This document shows, piece by piece, positions 18,160-24,354 of a DNA stretch of 35,360 bases. Numbering within the stretch: position 1 is the first letter of the stretch; each line of letters begins with the position of its first letter. The DNA comes from Minisyncoccia bacterium (lineage in GTDB: Bacteria; Patescibacteriota; Minisyncoccia; UBA6257; HR35). The stretch spans positions 1 to 35,360 of the forward strand of contig JBMFMO010000002.1 in NCBI GenBank assembly GCA_049970635.1. The letters run 5' to 3'. Made by a program: the position numbers and the translations under genes. The notes under the pieces are model-generated. The model had not been told where the DNA came from. It did not search any database and worked only from the letters and a program-made list of their open reading frames with translations.

Positions 18160-18724
18160 AAAGTTAAAAGAATTAAGAGAAAGCAAAAAGTTAAGCAAAG
18201 AAGATTTAGCAAAAATATTAAAGATAACATTAACGCAAATAGAAATATTAGAAAAAGGAGATTTTTATAAGATACCAAAACCTTTATTAAAAAAAATTTT
18301 AGAAAAATATGAGGGGTTTTTTAATTTAAATAAGGGTGAGATTTCATATTTAGAAGATTTTAAAAGTGAAGATATTTCAATAAAACCAAAGAGTTTAAGA
18401 AATTTTCCTTACATTATTATAATAATTATAGGAGCTTTATTTTTTATCTATGAGATAAGTGGGTTAGTTTTGCCTCCAAAAATAAAGATTTTTTATCCAA
18501 AAGATAATTCTTATCTTTTTACAAAAGAGACATATATAAAAGGCTATGTCGATCCAAGAACTATATTTTTTATAAATAATGAAGAGATAGTGCCAGATAA
18601 AAATGGTTATTTTGAAAAGAAAGTGATTTTAAAAAATGGGGTGAATAGATTTTTTTTAGAAGCAAAAAATTATTGGGGAGTTTATAATAGAAAAGAGTTA
18701 AAATTATATTATATGGGCCTGTAG
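18134..18724 (+). CDS. RodZ-like membrane protein: N-terminal HTH, one TM segment, extracytoplasmic beta domain
   Basis: 196 aa. It has an HTH_25/XRE-like block (LSEKLKELRESKKLSKEDLAKILKITLTQIEILEKGD) and a TM segment (YIIIIIIGALFFIYEISGLVL). It overlaps the ftsK end by 26 nt, and its last 10 nt overlap tRNA-Ala. Confidence 0.6.
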   Translation: MKMEKKLSEKLKELRESKKLSKEDLAKILKITLTQIEILEKGDFYKIPKPLLKKILEKYEGFFNLNKGEISYLEDFKSEDISIKPKSLRNFPYIIIIIIGALFFIYEISGLVLPPKIKIFYPKDNSYLFTKETYIKGYVDPRTIFFINNEEIVPDKNGYFEKKVILKNGVNRFFLEAKNYWGVYNRKELKLYYMGL

Positions 18725-18787
18725 TTCAGTTGGCAGAACGTCGGGCTGGCAGTCCGAAGGTCGTGGGTTCGAGTCCCACCAGGTCCA
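18715..18787 (+). tRNA. tRNA-Ala (anticodon GGC)
   Basis: 73-nt cloverleaf. Acceptor GGGCCTG/CAGGTCC contains the G3:U70 alanine identity pair. Anticodon loop CTGGCAG, T arm GTGGG-TTCGAGT-CCCAC. Confidence 0.9.
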
Positions 18788-18790
18788 ATA

Positions 18791-18862
18791 GCCCCCATCG
18801 TCTAGCGGCAAGGACACCACTCTTTCAAGGTGGAAACACCGGTTCGACTCCGGTTGGGGGCA
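18791..18862 (+). tRNA. tRNA-Glu (anticodon UUC)
   Basis: 72-nt cloverleaf. Acceptor GCCCCCA/TGGGGGC, D arm GTCT-AGCGGCAA-GGAC, anticodon loop CTTTCAA, T arm ACCGG-TTCGACT-CCGGT. Confidence 0.9.
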
Positions 18863-18866
18863 AATT

Positions 18867-18900
18867 AAAACCCCCACCATTTTGGTGGGGGTCGTTTATT
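18867..18900. terminator. Bidirectional intrinsic terminator between convergent units
   Basis: Hairpin CCCCCACC-atttt-GGTGGGGG (18871-18891) is flanked by an A-run on one side and a T-rich tract on the other. It lies between tRNA-Glu (+) and the stop of the PT-rich ORF (-). Confidence 0.8.
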
Positions 18901-19146
18901 TTATGGTGTTGGTGGTGTTGGTGTAGCTTCTCCAGGCGCTGGTGGTGTAGGTGGTGTAGGTGGTGTTGGTGGTGTTGGTGGTGTTGGTGGTGTGACTTCT
19001 CCACCTGGAACAGTTGGAGCTGTTGGAGCTGTTGGAGCTGTTACAGCACCTCTTTGTCTAACATAATACCAAGCAATTGCACCTAAAACTATTAAAATAA
19101 TTATGACTATAATTGCAGCTGTTGTATTCTTTTTTTGACCCTCCAT
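18901..19146 (-). CDS. Small membrane-anchored Pro/Thr-rich protein
   Basis: 81 aa. An N-terminal TM anchor (AAIIVIIILIVLGAIAWYYV) is followed by (APT)3 and (PPT)n tracts. These are encoded by 9-bp tandem repeats at 18941-18994 (6 units) and 19013-19039 (3 units). The gene has its own promoter and leader motif. Confidence 0.6.
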   Translation of the reverse strand: MEGQKKNTTAAIIVIIILIVLGAIAWYYVRQRGAVTAPTAPTAPTVPGGEVTPPTPPTPPTPPTPPTPPAPGEATPTPPTP

Positions 19147-19159
19147 TTATGTAAAAAAT

Positions 19160-19174
19160 ATTAATTACGACCTT
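19160..19174 (-). promoter_or_regulatory. Leader motif AAGGTCGTAATTAAT
   Basis: Plus strand attaattacgacctt. It lies 12 nt downstream of the TACAAT -10 box and 13 nt upstream of the ATG at 19146. Confidence 0.65.
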
Positions 19175-19186
19175 GTACATTAATTA

Positions 19187-19215
19187 ATTGTATCATAAAA
19201 ATTTTTAAGATGCAA
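19187..19215 (-). promoter_or_regulatory. Sigma-70-like promoter with extended -10 for the PT-rich ORF
   Basis: Minus strand: TTGCAT (19215-19210), a 17-nt spacer ending in TGA, then TACAAT (19192-19187). Confidence 0.6.
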
Positions 19216-19217
19216 AT

Positions 19218-19289
19218 TAGGCGGGGCAGGACTCGAACCTGCAATCTTCTGCATGTGAAGCAGATATTTTACCCTTAAACTACCCGCCC
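19218..19289 (-). tRNA. tRNA-Val (anticodon CAC)
   Basis: 72-nt cloverleaf on the minus strand. Acceptor GGGCGGG/CCCGCCT (G1:U72), anticodon stem TCTGC/GCAGA with loop TTCACAT, T arm GCAGG-TTCGAGT-CCTGC, discriminator A. The D stem is weak (GTTT/AAAT). Confidence 0.8.
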
Positions 19290-19307
19290 TATTTTAACTC
19301 AACTTTT
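19280..19307. repeat. Direct repeat copy A: tRNA-Val 5' end preceded by a relic of the last rplL codons
   Basis: The 28 nt ctacccgccctattttaactcaactttt are identical to 19493-19520. Confidence 0.95.
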
Positions 19308-19492
19308 TTATCTTTATATAAAAATTATATTAAAACATTATTGATTTTTCCGATTTTTTTATCTAATAGGGCAAGATGAGGAATAGAAAATTTTATCCTC
19401 CGCTCTAAAAGTAAAGTTTGTTCCTTAAATAAAAGTTAAAAAATGCCATTCTAATAATAATTTTTAAATAATATCCTCTATTTAAATCGAAG

Positions 19493-19520
19493 CTACCCGC
19501 CCTATTTTAACTCAACTTTT
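19493..19520. repeat. Direct repeat copy B: the real rplL 3' end followed by a relic of the tRNA-Val 5' end
   Basis: Identical 28-mer. On the minus strand it reads AAA GTT GAG TTA AAA TAG GGCGGGTAG. That is rplL ...KVELK-stop followed by the first 10 nt of tRNA-Val. Confidence 0.95.
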
Positions 19521-19873
19521 CCTCCTGCTTTTTCTATCTTTTCTTTTATCTTTTCTGCCTCACCTTTATCTATATTTTCTTTTATAGTTTGTGGTAAATT
19601 ATCAACAATATCCTTAGCTTCTTTTAGGCCAAGATTTGGATTTATCTCTCTCAGTGCTTTTATAATATTAATCTTATTTTCACCACAATCAGTTAAGATA
19701 ACATTTACTTTTTGAGGTGCTTCTTCAGTAGGAGCTGATACTGGTGCTTGTGGTGCTTGGAATATTGCACTAGAAACACCAAATTCTTTTTCTAATTCCT
19801 TTATCAATTCATTTAATTCAACGACTGTTAGGTTTTTTATCTCTTCTATAATTTTTTGAATCTTTTCGCTCAT
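19502..19873 (-). CDS. rplL: 50S ribosomal protein L7/L12
   Basis: 123 aa with an N-terminal dimerisation helix, an Ala/Pro hinge (QAPQAPVSAPTEEAP) and a C-terminal domain containing GLKEAKDIVD. Confidence 0.95.
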   Translation of the reverse strand: MSEKIQKIIEEIKNLTVVELNELIKELEKEFGVSSAIFQAPQAPVSAPTEEAPQKVNVILTDCGENKINIIKALREINPNLGLKEAKDIVDNLPQTIKENIDKGEAEKIKEKIEKAGGKVELK

Positions 19874-19878
19874 TTTAA

Positions 19879-20379
19879 TTATTTCTTTATATTATTTACG
19901 ACCTTTTCAATTTTTATTATCGGAAACTTTAATGCGAAAATTAATCTGTTAAAAGATGATTTAAATGTTCCGCTAATATTTCTTAATAAATCTTCTTTTG
20001 ATGGCAATGAGCCAATTTCAATAACTTTTTTCTCATCCAAAACTTCATTATCAATCATTCCTTTTAAAACTTCTAAATTAAATTTTTTTGAATAGTCTTT
20101 TATTATCTTGAATGTATCATAATTTTCACTTGTATCAAAAACTATAGCGAAAGGAGTATTTATAGAGTCTAAAATCTTTGAGATATTTGGGTTTGCTAAT
20201 TCTATTAAAGTTTTTTTAACAACTTTTATAAAACTTTCTGCTTTTTTTAAATCTTTTCTTAATGAAAATTGAATTTCGCTATTAATTTTTTTTAAATTTA
20301 AAAAAATTATTCCTTTTGATCTTTTAAAAAGGTCTTTTAATTCCTCAATTATCTTTGCTTTTTCTTCTCTTGTTTTCAT
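19879..20379 (-). CDS. rplJ: 50S ribosomal protein L10
   Basis: 166 aa, located immediately upstream of rplL. Its length and N-terminal K/E-rich pattern are typical of L10. Confidence 0.85.
   Translation of the reverse strand: MKTREEKAKIIEELKDLFKRSKGIIFLNLKKINSEIQFSLRKDLKKAESFIKVVKKTLIELANPNISKILDSINTPFAIVFDTSENYDTFKIIKDYSKKFNLEVLKGMIDNEVLDEKKVIEIGSLPSKEDLLRNISGTFKSSFNRLIFALKFPIIKIEKVVNNIKK
19891..19905 (-). promoter_or_regulatory. Leader motif variant AAGGTCGTAAATAAT inside the rplJ 3' end, upstream of rplL
   Basis: Plus strand attatttacgacctt. It has one mismatch to the 15-mer at 15894 and 19160. It lies 17 nt upstream of the rplL ATG and 10 nt downstream of a GATAAT hexamer (19921-19916). 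Confidence 0.5.
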
Positions 20380-20421
20380 TCCTCGCGAGGTCTTAATTTG
20401 CCTCGTTTCTTCGGATCTTAA

Positions 20422-20451
20422 ATTTTAACATAAATAGATATTTTTTGTCAA
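20422..20451 (-). promoter_or_regulatory. Sigma-70-like promoter for rplJL
   Basis: Minus strand: TTGACA (20451-20446), an 18-nt spacer ending in TGT, then TAAAAT (20427-20422). A roughly 40-nt leader follows, containing CGAGG...CCUCGCGAGGA-AUG. Confidence 0.6.
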
Positions 20452-20460
20452 ATATTATAG

Positions 20461-20533
20461 TCGGGGGACCGGGATTCGAACCCGGGATCTCGTGCTCCCA
20501 AAGCACGCATGTTAGCCGCTACACCATCCCCCG
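20461..20533 (-). tRNA. tRNA-Pro (anticodon UGG)
   Basis: 73-nt cloverleaf. Acceptor CGGGGGA/TCCCCCG, anticodon stem CGTGC/GCACG with loop TTTGGGA, T arm CCGGG-TTCGAAT-CCCGG. Confidence 0.9.
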
Positions 20534-20534
20534 G

Positions 20535-20606
20535 AGGCCGGGGTGGGAATTGAACCCACGTAAAAGGGTTTTGCAGACCCTTGCCTAGCCACTCGGCCAC
20601 CCGGCC
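20535..20606 (-). tRNA. tRNA-Cys (anticodon GCA)
   Basis: 72-nt cloverleaf. Acceptor GGCCGGG/CCCGGCC, anticodon stem AGGGT/ACCCT with loop CTGCAAA, T arm GTGGG-TTCAATT-CCCAC. The discriminator U is typical of tRNA-Cys. Confidence 0.85.
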
Positions 20607-20670
20607 TGCCTCGCTGAGTCAAGGCGGGCCTGCCTCGTCTTGATGCGAGTCAAGGCGGGCCTAATGGCCC
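20604..20670. repeat. Cluster of GC-rich hairpins: two tandem GCCTGCCT...AGGCGGGC units plus GGGCC-taat-GGCCC
   Basis: Unit 1 pairs 20604-20611 with 20622-20629. Unit 2 pairs 20628-20635 with 20653-20660. A third hairpin lies at 20657-20670. The cluster sits between the rbfA stop and the tRNA-Cys 5' end. Confidence 0.7.
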
Positions 20671-20680
20671 TAATTAAATT

Positions 20681-21004
20681 TTAACCTAAATTTTTCAAAA
20701 TCCTATCAATCTCTTCCATATCTTTTAAATCACTTGAATATACAAATTTGATATTTTTTGGTAGATATCTTAAATAAACTCTTTCTTTCAATTCATTTTT
20801 TATCTTATTTTGGTTTTTATTTAATTCTTTAATCAATTCTTTTGCCTTTTTATCAGGGTATATACTTATTAAAACTTTCATTGTCCCTCCTTTTTGTGGA
20901 AGTGATATATTTAAAATTGTAAAAACTGCCTCACCATTTATAATCTCTTCAACGATTTCAGATAACTTTTCAATTATTAAAAATTTTTTCCTTTCGCTTC
21001 TCAT
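20681..21004 (-). CDS. rbfA: Ribosome-binding factor A
   Basis: 107 aa, directly downstream of infB with a 4-nt overlap. LRYLPKNIKFVYSSDL matches the conserved RbfA C-terminal block (LRxxPxLxFxYD). Confidence 0.72.
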   Translation of the reverse strand: MRSERKKFLIIEKLSEIVEEIINGEAVFTILNISLPQKGGTMKVLISIYPDKKAKELIKELNKNQNKIKNELKERVYLRYLPKNIKFVYSSDLKDMEEIDRILKNLG

Positions 21005-22443
21005 ATAACTTCAATAATATCATTTAATTCGAAATCTATATTTGTTTCTACAATTAAACCACAAAGTTCATTTTCTAAAACTTCTTCAACTGGAACTTTA
21101 TTTTTTTCTAAACTTAAAATCTTTCCTCTTCCTATTATTGCTTCTCCTCTTTTTATTAAAACTCTATTATTTAATCTTAACTTGCCAGCCAAAACTTTTC
21201 CTCCTATTGTCTTTTTTGTTGCTGTTTTATTAAATATTCCTAAAACCTCTAATCTTCCCTTAACTATTTCTCCTTCCTTTTCTTCTTTTAAATCTTTCAA
21301 AATATTTTCAATCTCATATATAACATTTGATTCAATTAACTTTAAATTTAAATTTTTTATCTCTTCATATATATTTTTTTGATTTTTTACATTAAATGCA
21401 ACTAAAATAGCTCCACTTTCTTTTGCAAGTTTTATATCATCAGTTGTTATTGGTCCCAAATCAGATTTTATAATTTTTATATTTTTATTTAAATCTTTTG
21501 ATACCTTTTCAAATATTTTACTTAATGCTTCTAATGATCCTAAATGATCTCCTCTTAAAATAATATTTATATCTCCTGTTGGTTCTTGTGTTGAAATTAT
21601 AATCTTTTTCTCATACCCTCTTTCTTTATCTTCCAATTCTTTTTTAATAGTTTCAATCTCATCTTTTTCAACTATTTTAAAATTTTCTCCAGGATTTGGC
21701 AAAGATTCAAAACCACTTATCAAAATAGGCCTTGATGGATAAGCATAATCTAATTTTTTACCAAAGCTATCTTCTAAAAATCTTATCTTCCCATATGAAG
21801 ATGCTGTAACAATATAATCTCCAATAGATACTTTACCATCAACAACAATTCCTCCAACAAGTATTCCTCTTTTAGGGTCTTTTGATGTTTCTAATATATA
21901 ACCTTCTCCCTTTTTATCTTCATCATATTTTAAATCTAAAATATCTGCCATAATTAAAATTATCTCTAATAAATCATCAATACCTTCACCTTTTAAGGCA
22001 GATATATTAACACAAGGAACATTGCCTCCCCATTCTTCTACTATTACTTCATTTTCACTTAATTCTTTTTTAACTTTTTCAGGATTTGCATTTGGTCTAT
22101 CAATTTTATTTATTGCAACTATAAATGGAATATTATAAGATTTTAAATATTTTATAGATTCAATTGTTTGTGGCATAACACCTTCATCTCCTGCTACAAC
22201 TAATATCCCTATATCTGCTATCTTTGCTCCTCTTTCTCTTAATTTTGAAAATGCTTCATGGCCTGGAGTATCAATAAATGTTATTTTTTCTCCTTTAAAT
22301 TCAATTTCATAAGCACTTACCTTTTGGGTAATTCCTCCTGCTTCTTTTTCAACAATCTTTGTATTTTGGATATAATCAAGCAATGTTGACTTTCCATGAT
22401 CTACATGACCTAAAACTACTATTATTGGTGGTCTTTTTTTCAT
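21001..22443 (-). CDS. infB: Translation initiation factor IF-2, short form lacking an N-terminal extension
   Basis: G1 GHVDHGKSTLLD, G3 DTPGH and G4 NKID. I place the start at MKKRPPIIVVLGH (ATG at 22443). The longer track ORF reads through tRNA-Leu. Confidence 0.92.
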   Translation of the reverse strand: MKKRPPIIVVLGHVDHGKSTLLDYIQNTKIVEKEAGGITQKVSAYEIEFKGEKITFIDTPGHEAFSKLRERGAKIADIGILVVAGDEGVMPQTIESIKYLKSYNIPFIVAINKIDRPNANPEKVKKELSENEVIVEEWGGNVPCVNISALKGEGIDDLLEIILIMADILDLKYDEDKKGEGYILETSKDPKRGILVGGIVVDGKVSIGDYIVTASSYGKIRFLEDSFGKKLDYAYPSRPILISGFESLPNPGENFKIVEKDEIETIKKELEDKERGYEKKIIISTQEPTGDINIILRGDHLGSLEALSKIFEKVSKDLNKNIKIIKSDLGPITTDDIKLAKESGAILVAFNVKNQKNIYEEIKNLNLKLIESNVIYEIENILKDLKEEKEGEIVKGRLEVLGIFNKTATKKTIGGKVLAGKLRLNNRVLIKRGEAIIGRGKILSLEKNKVPVEEVLENELCGLIVETNIDFELNDIIEVI

Positions 22444-22463
22444 CTTTGAAAATAAAAATTTTG

Positions 22464-22545
22464 TGTCGGGGGAGGGATTCGAACCCTCAAGCCTTTCGGC
22501 ACTAGGTCCTAAGCCTAGCGCGTCTACCAATTCCGCCACCCCGAC
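22464..22545 (-). tRNA. tRNA-Leu (anticodon UAG)
   Basis: 82-nt class II tRNA. Acceptor GTCGGGG/CCCCGAC, D region GCGGAATTGGTAGACGC, anticodon stem CTAGG/CCTAG with loop CTTAGGA, and a long variable arm (TGCCGAAAGGCTT). Confidence 0.9.
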
Positions 22546-22556
22546 CTTCTTATTTA

Positions 22557-22586
22557 ATTATATTACTTTAATTGTTTTTTTAGTAA
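22557..22586 (-). promoter_or_regulatory. Candidate promoter for tRNA-Leu-infB-rbfA
   Basis: Minus strand: TTACTA, an 18-nt spacer, then TATAAT (22562-22557). The -10 box ends 11 nt before the tRNA 5' end. Confidence 0.4.
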
Positions 22587-22604
22587 TCCGATTATTAAGA
22601 ATTA

Positions 22605-22632
22605 TTTCTTATTAATTATTGAAAGCACAACT
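22605..22632. repeat. Direct repeat copy A, a relic of the MurE-like 3' end
   Basis: ttattaattattgaaagcacaact matches 22845-22868. On the minus strand it still reads ..VVLSIINKK-stop. Confidence 0.85.
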
Positions 22633-22832
22633 ATTTTTAGAGATTTTTTAGATTTTAGATTGTATATTTAAAATAATAATTAAAATAAAGAATTTTTTTC
22701 ATTTAAAAGATTTTTACTTTAAGCTTAGAGTGGATGCTTTAAAAATTTTAATTTAACCTTAAAAGAAAAAAGTTTTATTTATATTATAAAAATATAGTAA
22801 AATTCTATGTTTTTTAAATCTTAACTTTTAAA

Positions 22833-24176
22833 TTATCTCTTTTTATTAATTATTGAAAGCACAACTTCTTTTTCGTTCCATGGAATAGATTCATCTTTCA
22901 TTTCTATTGTTGGCTCTGCTCCTTTCCCAATTAAAACAACAATGTCATTTTTTTGAGCTTGATTTATTAAATATTCTATTGCTTCTTTTCTATCTTCAAT
23001 TATTTTATATGGTTTTTCAAAATCATATTCAGCTATATATTTTTTAATTCCTATTTCAATGTCTTTCATAATTTTTTCAGGATCTTCATCAAATGGATCT
23101 TCATTTGATATAACTATTAAATTACAATATCTTGCTGCTATTTCTCCTATAACAGGTCTTTTCCATTTATCTCTGTGCCCTCCTGCTGAGCCTATTAAAC
23201 ATAAAAGCCTTGATGGTTTAAATATATTCCAAATATTTTTATAAAGTTCTGAAATAGAATCTGGCGTATGTGCATAATCTATAATAACCTTAAAATTTCT
23301 TCCTTGAATTACTTCAAAGTGTCCTGGTAATGGCTCGCACTCTTTCAAAATATCTTTTACACTTTTTATAGGAATATTCAATGCTTTTAAAACACTCAAT
23401 GACGCTAAGATATTATATAAATTTTGTTTACCTATCAATTTTGTCTCATAAACTGTATCATCTTCATTTAAGATAAAATTAGTCTTTTTTTGAAACATCT
23501 TATATTTTGTAATCTGTAAATGATTGTGAATTCCTGGCTTCCCTTCTAACCCAAATGTTATTTTGTTTTCTGCTGGAAAAGATAGGAAATAATCTCCTTC
23601 AAAATCATCATAATTTACTATAATTGTTTTTCTAACATCTTGACCCTTAAAATTTTTTCTCTTAGTTTTTAATAAATTTTTAAAAAGTTTTGCCTTTGCT
23701 TTTTTATAATTTTCGAATCCTTTATGATGCTCTATATGCTCTGGATGTATATTTAAAAAAACTGCTATATCAAAATCTATAAATTTATCTCTATTTTGCA
23801 TCAAGCCCTCTGATGTAACTTCTATAACAGCTACTTCACAATTATTTTCAACTGCTGAATTTAAAAATGATTGCAAAAACCATCTCCCCGGCATTGTTAT
23901 CCTACTTAAGTTTTCTTTTTTTTCTTCTCCTATATAAAAATATTGGGATGAGCTAAGTGCTGTTTTTATTCCTAATTTATTTAATAGATAATAGATTAGA
24001 TAGCAGGTCGTTGTTTTCCCCTTTGTTCCAGTAACCCCTATCACAACAATTTTTCTACTTGGAAATTTATATCTTATTGCTCCTGTTAATGCCCAAAGAT
24101 AATGGTAAAAATTTAAAACTGGATTTGGTATATATCTTCTTATTTTTTTAAAAAAATCAATTATTTTCTCCTTCAT
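22833..24176 (-). CDS. Mur ligase family protein, MurE-like
   Basis: 447 aa. P-loop GVTGTKGKTTT, EVTSEGL, HPEHIEHH, DYAHTPDS and GGHRDKWKRP blocks are collinear with MurE. EDPF replaces the DNPR motif. Confidence 0.8.
   Translation of the reverse strand: MKEKIIDFFKKIRRYIPNPVLNFYHYLWALTGAIRYKFPSRKIVVIGVTGTKGKTTTCYLIYYLLNKLGIKTALSSSQYFYIGEEKKENLSRITMPGRWFLQSFLNSAVENNCEVAVIEVTSEGLMQNRDKFIDFDIAVFLNIHPEHIEHHKGFENYKKAKAKLFKNLLKTKRKNFKGQDVRKTIIVNYDDFEGDYFLSFPAENKITFGLEGKPGIHNHLQITKYKMFQKKTNFILNEDDTVYETKLIGKQNLYNILASLSVLKALNIPIKSVKDILKECEPLPGHFEVIQGRNFKVIIDYAHTPDSISELYKNIWNIFKPSRLLCLIGSAGGHRDKWKRPVIGEIAARYCNLIVISNEDPFDEDPEKIMKDIEIGIKKYIAEYDFEKPYKIIEDRKEAIEYLINQAQKNDIVVLIGKGAEPTIEMKDESIPWNEKEVVLSIINKKR
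22841..22868. repeat. Direct repeat copy B, the real 3' end of the MurE-like gene
   Basis: The same roughly 24-26-nt sequence, 236 nt from copy A. Confidence 0.85.
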
Positions 24177-24354
24177 CTTTTAAATATTTTAAGATAATCT
24201 CATTAATTTTTTCTCTAATCATATCTTCTGGTACCAATTCTTTTCTTAATTCACTCTTCAACCTTCTTATATATCTTTTCAAACTTTTTGGAATCTTAAT
24301 CTTTAATGCTCTCTTTGATCTTTTTTCTGATTGTATAATATTTTCCAATTCCAT
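24157..24354 (-). CDS. Possible small basic protein (hypothetical)
   Basis: 65-aa K/R-rich ORF. It fills an otherwise 119-nt gap in a tightly packed operon. It overlaps the LCP gene end by 59 nt and the MurE-like start by 20 nt. I recognise no homology. Confidence 0.3.
   Translation of the reverse strand: MELENIIQSEKRSKRALKIKIPKSLKRYIRRLKSELRKELVPEDMIREKINEIILKYLKDEGENN

Noticed and set aside
18730-19086. 118-aa plus-strand ORF rich in W and C (WWCWW repeats)
   Set aside because: Its 5' part is the tRNA-Ala and tRNA-Glu genes read as protein. Its 3' part is the antisense of the PT-repeat gene. The bidirectional terminator sits in the middle of it.
22444-22539. N-terminal 32-aa extension of the infB ORF (MAELVDALGLGPSAERLEGSNPSPD...)
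   Set aside because: This stretch is tRNA-Leu(UAG) translated in frame. The real start is the ATG at 22443, just before the G1 motif.
642-22868. The gene-end duplications as DGR variable/template repeat pairs
   Set aside because: No reverse transcriptase or accessory gene is present. The repeats are only 26-52 nt and identical, with no adenine-specific differences. Two of the three involve a gene start or a tRNA rather than a C-terminal variable region.
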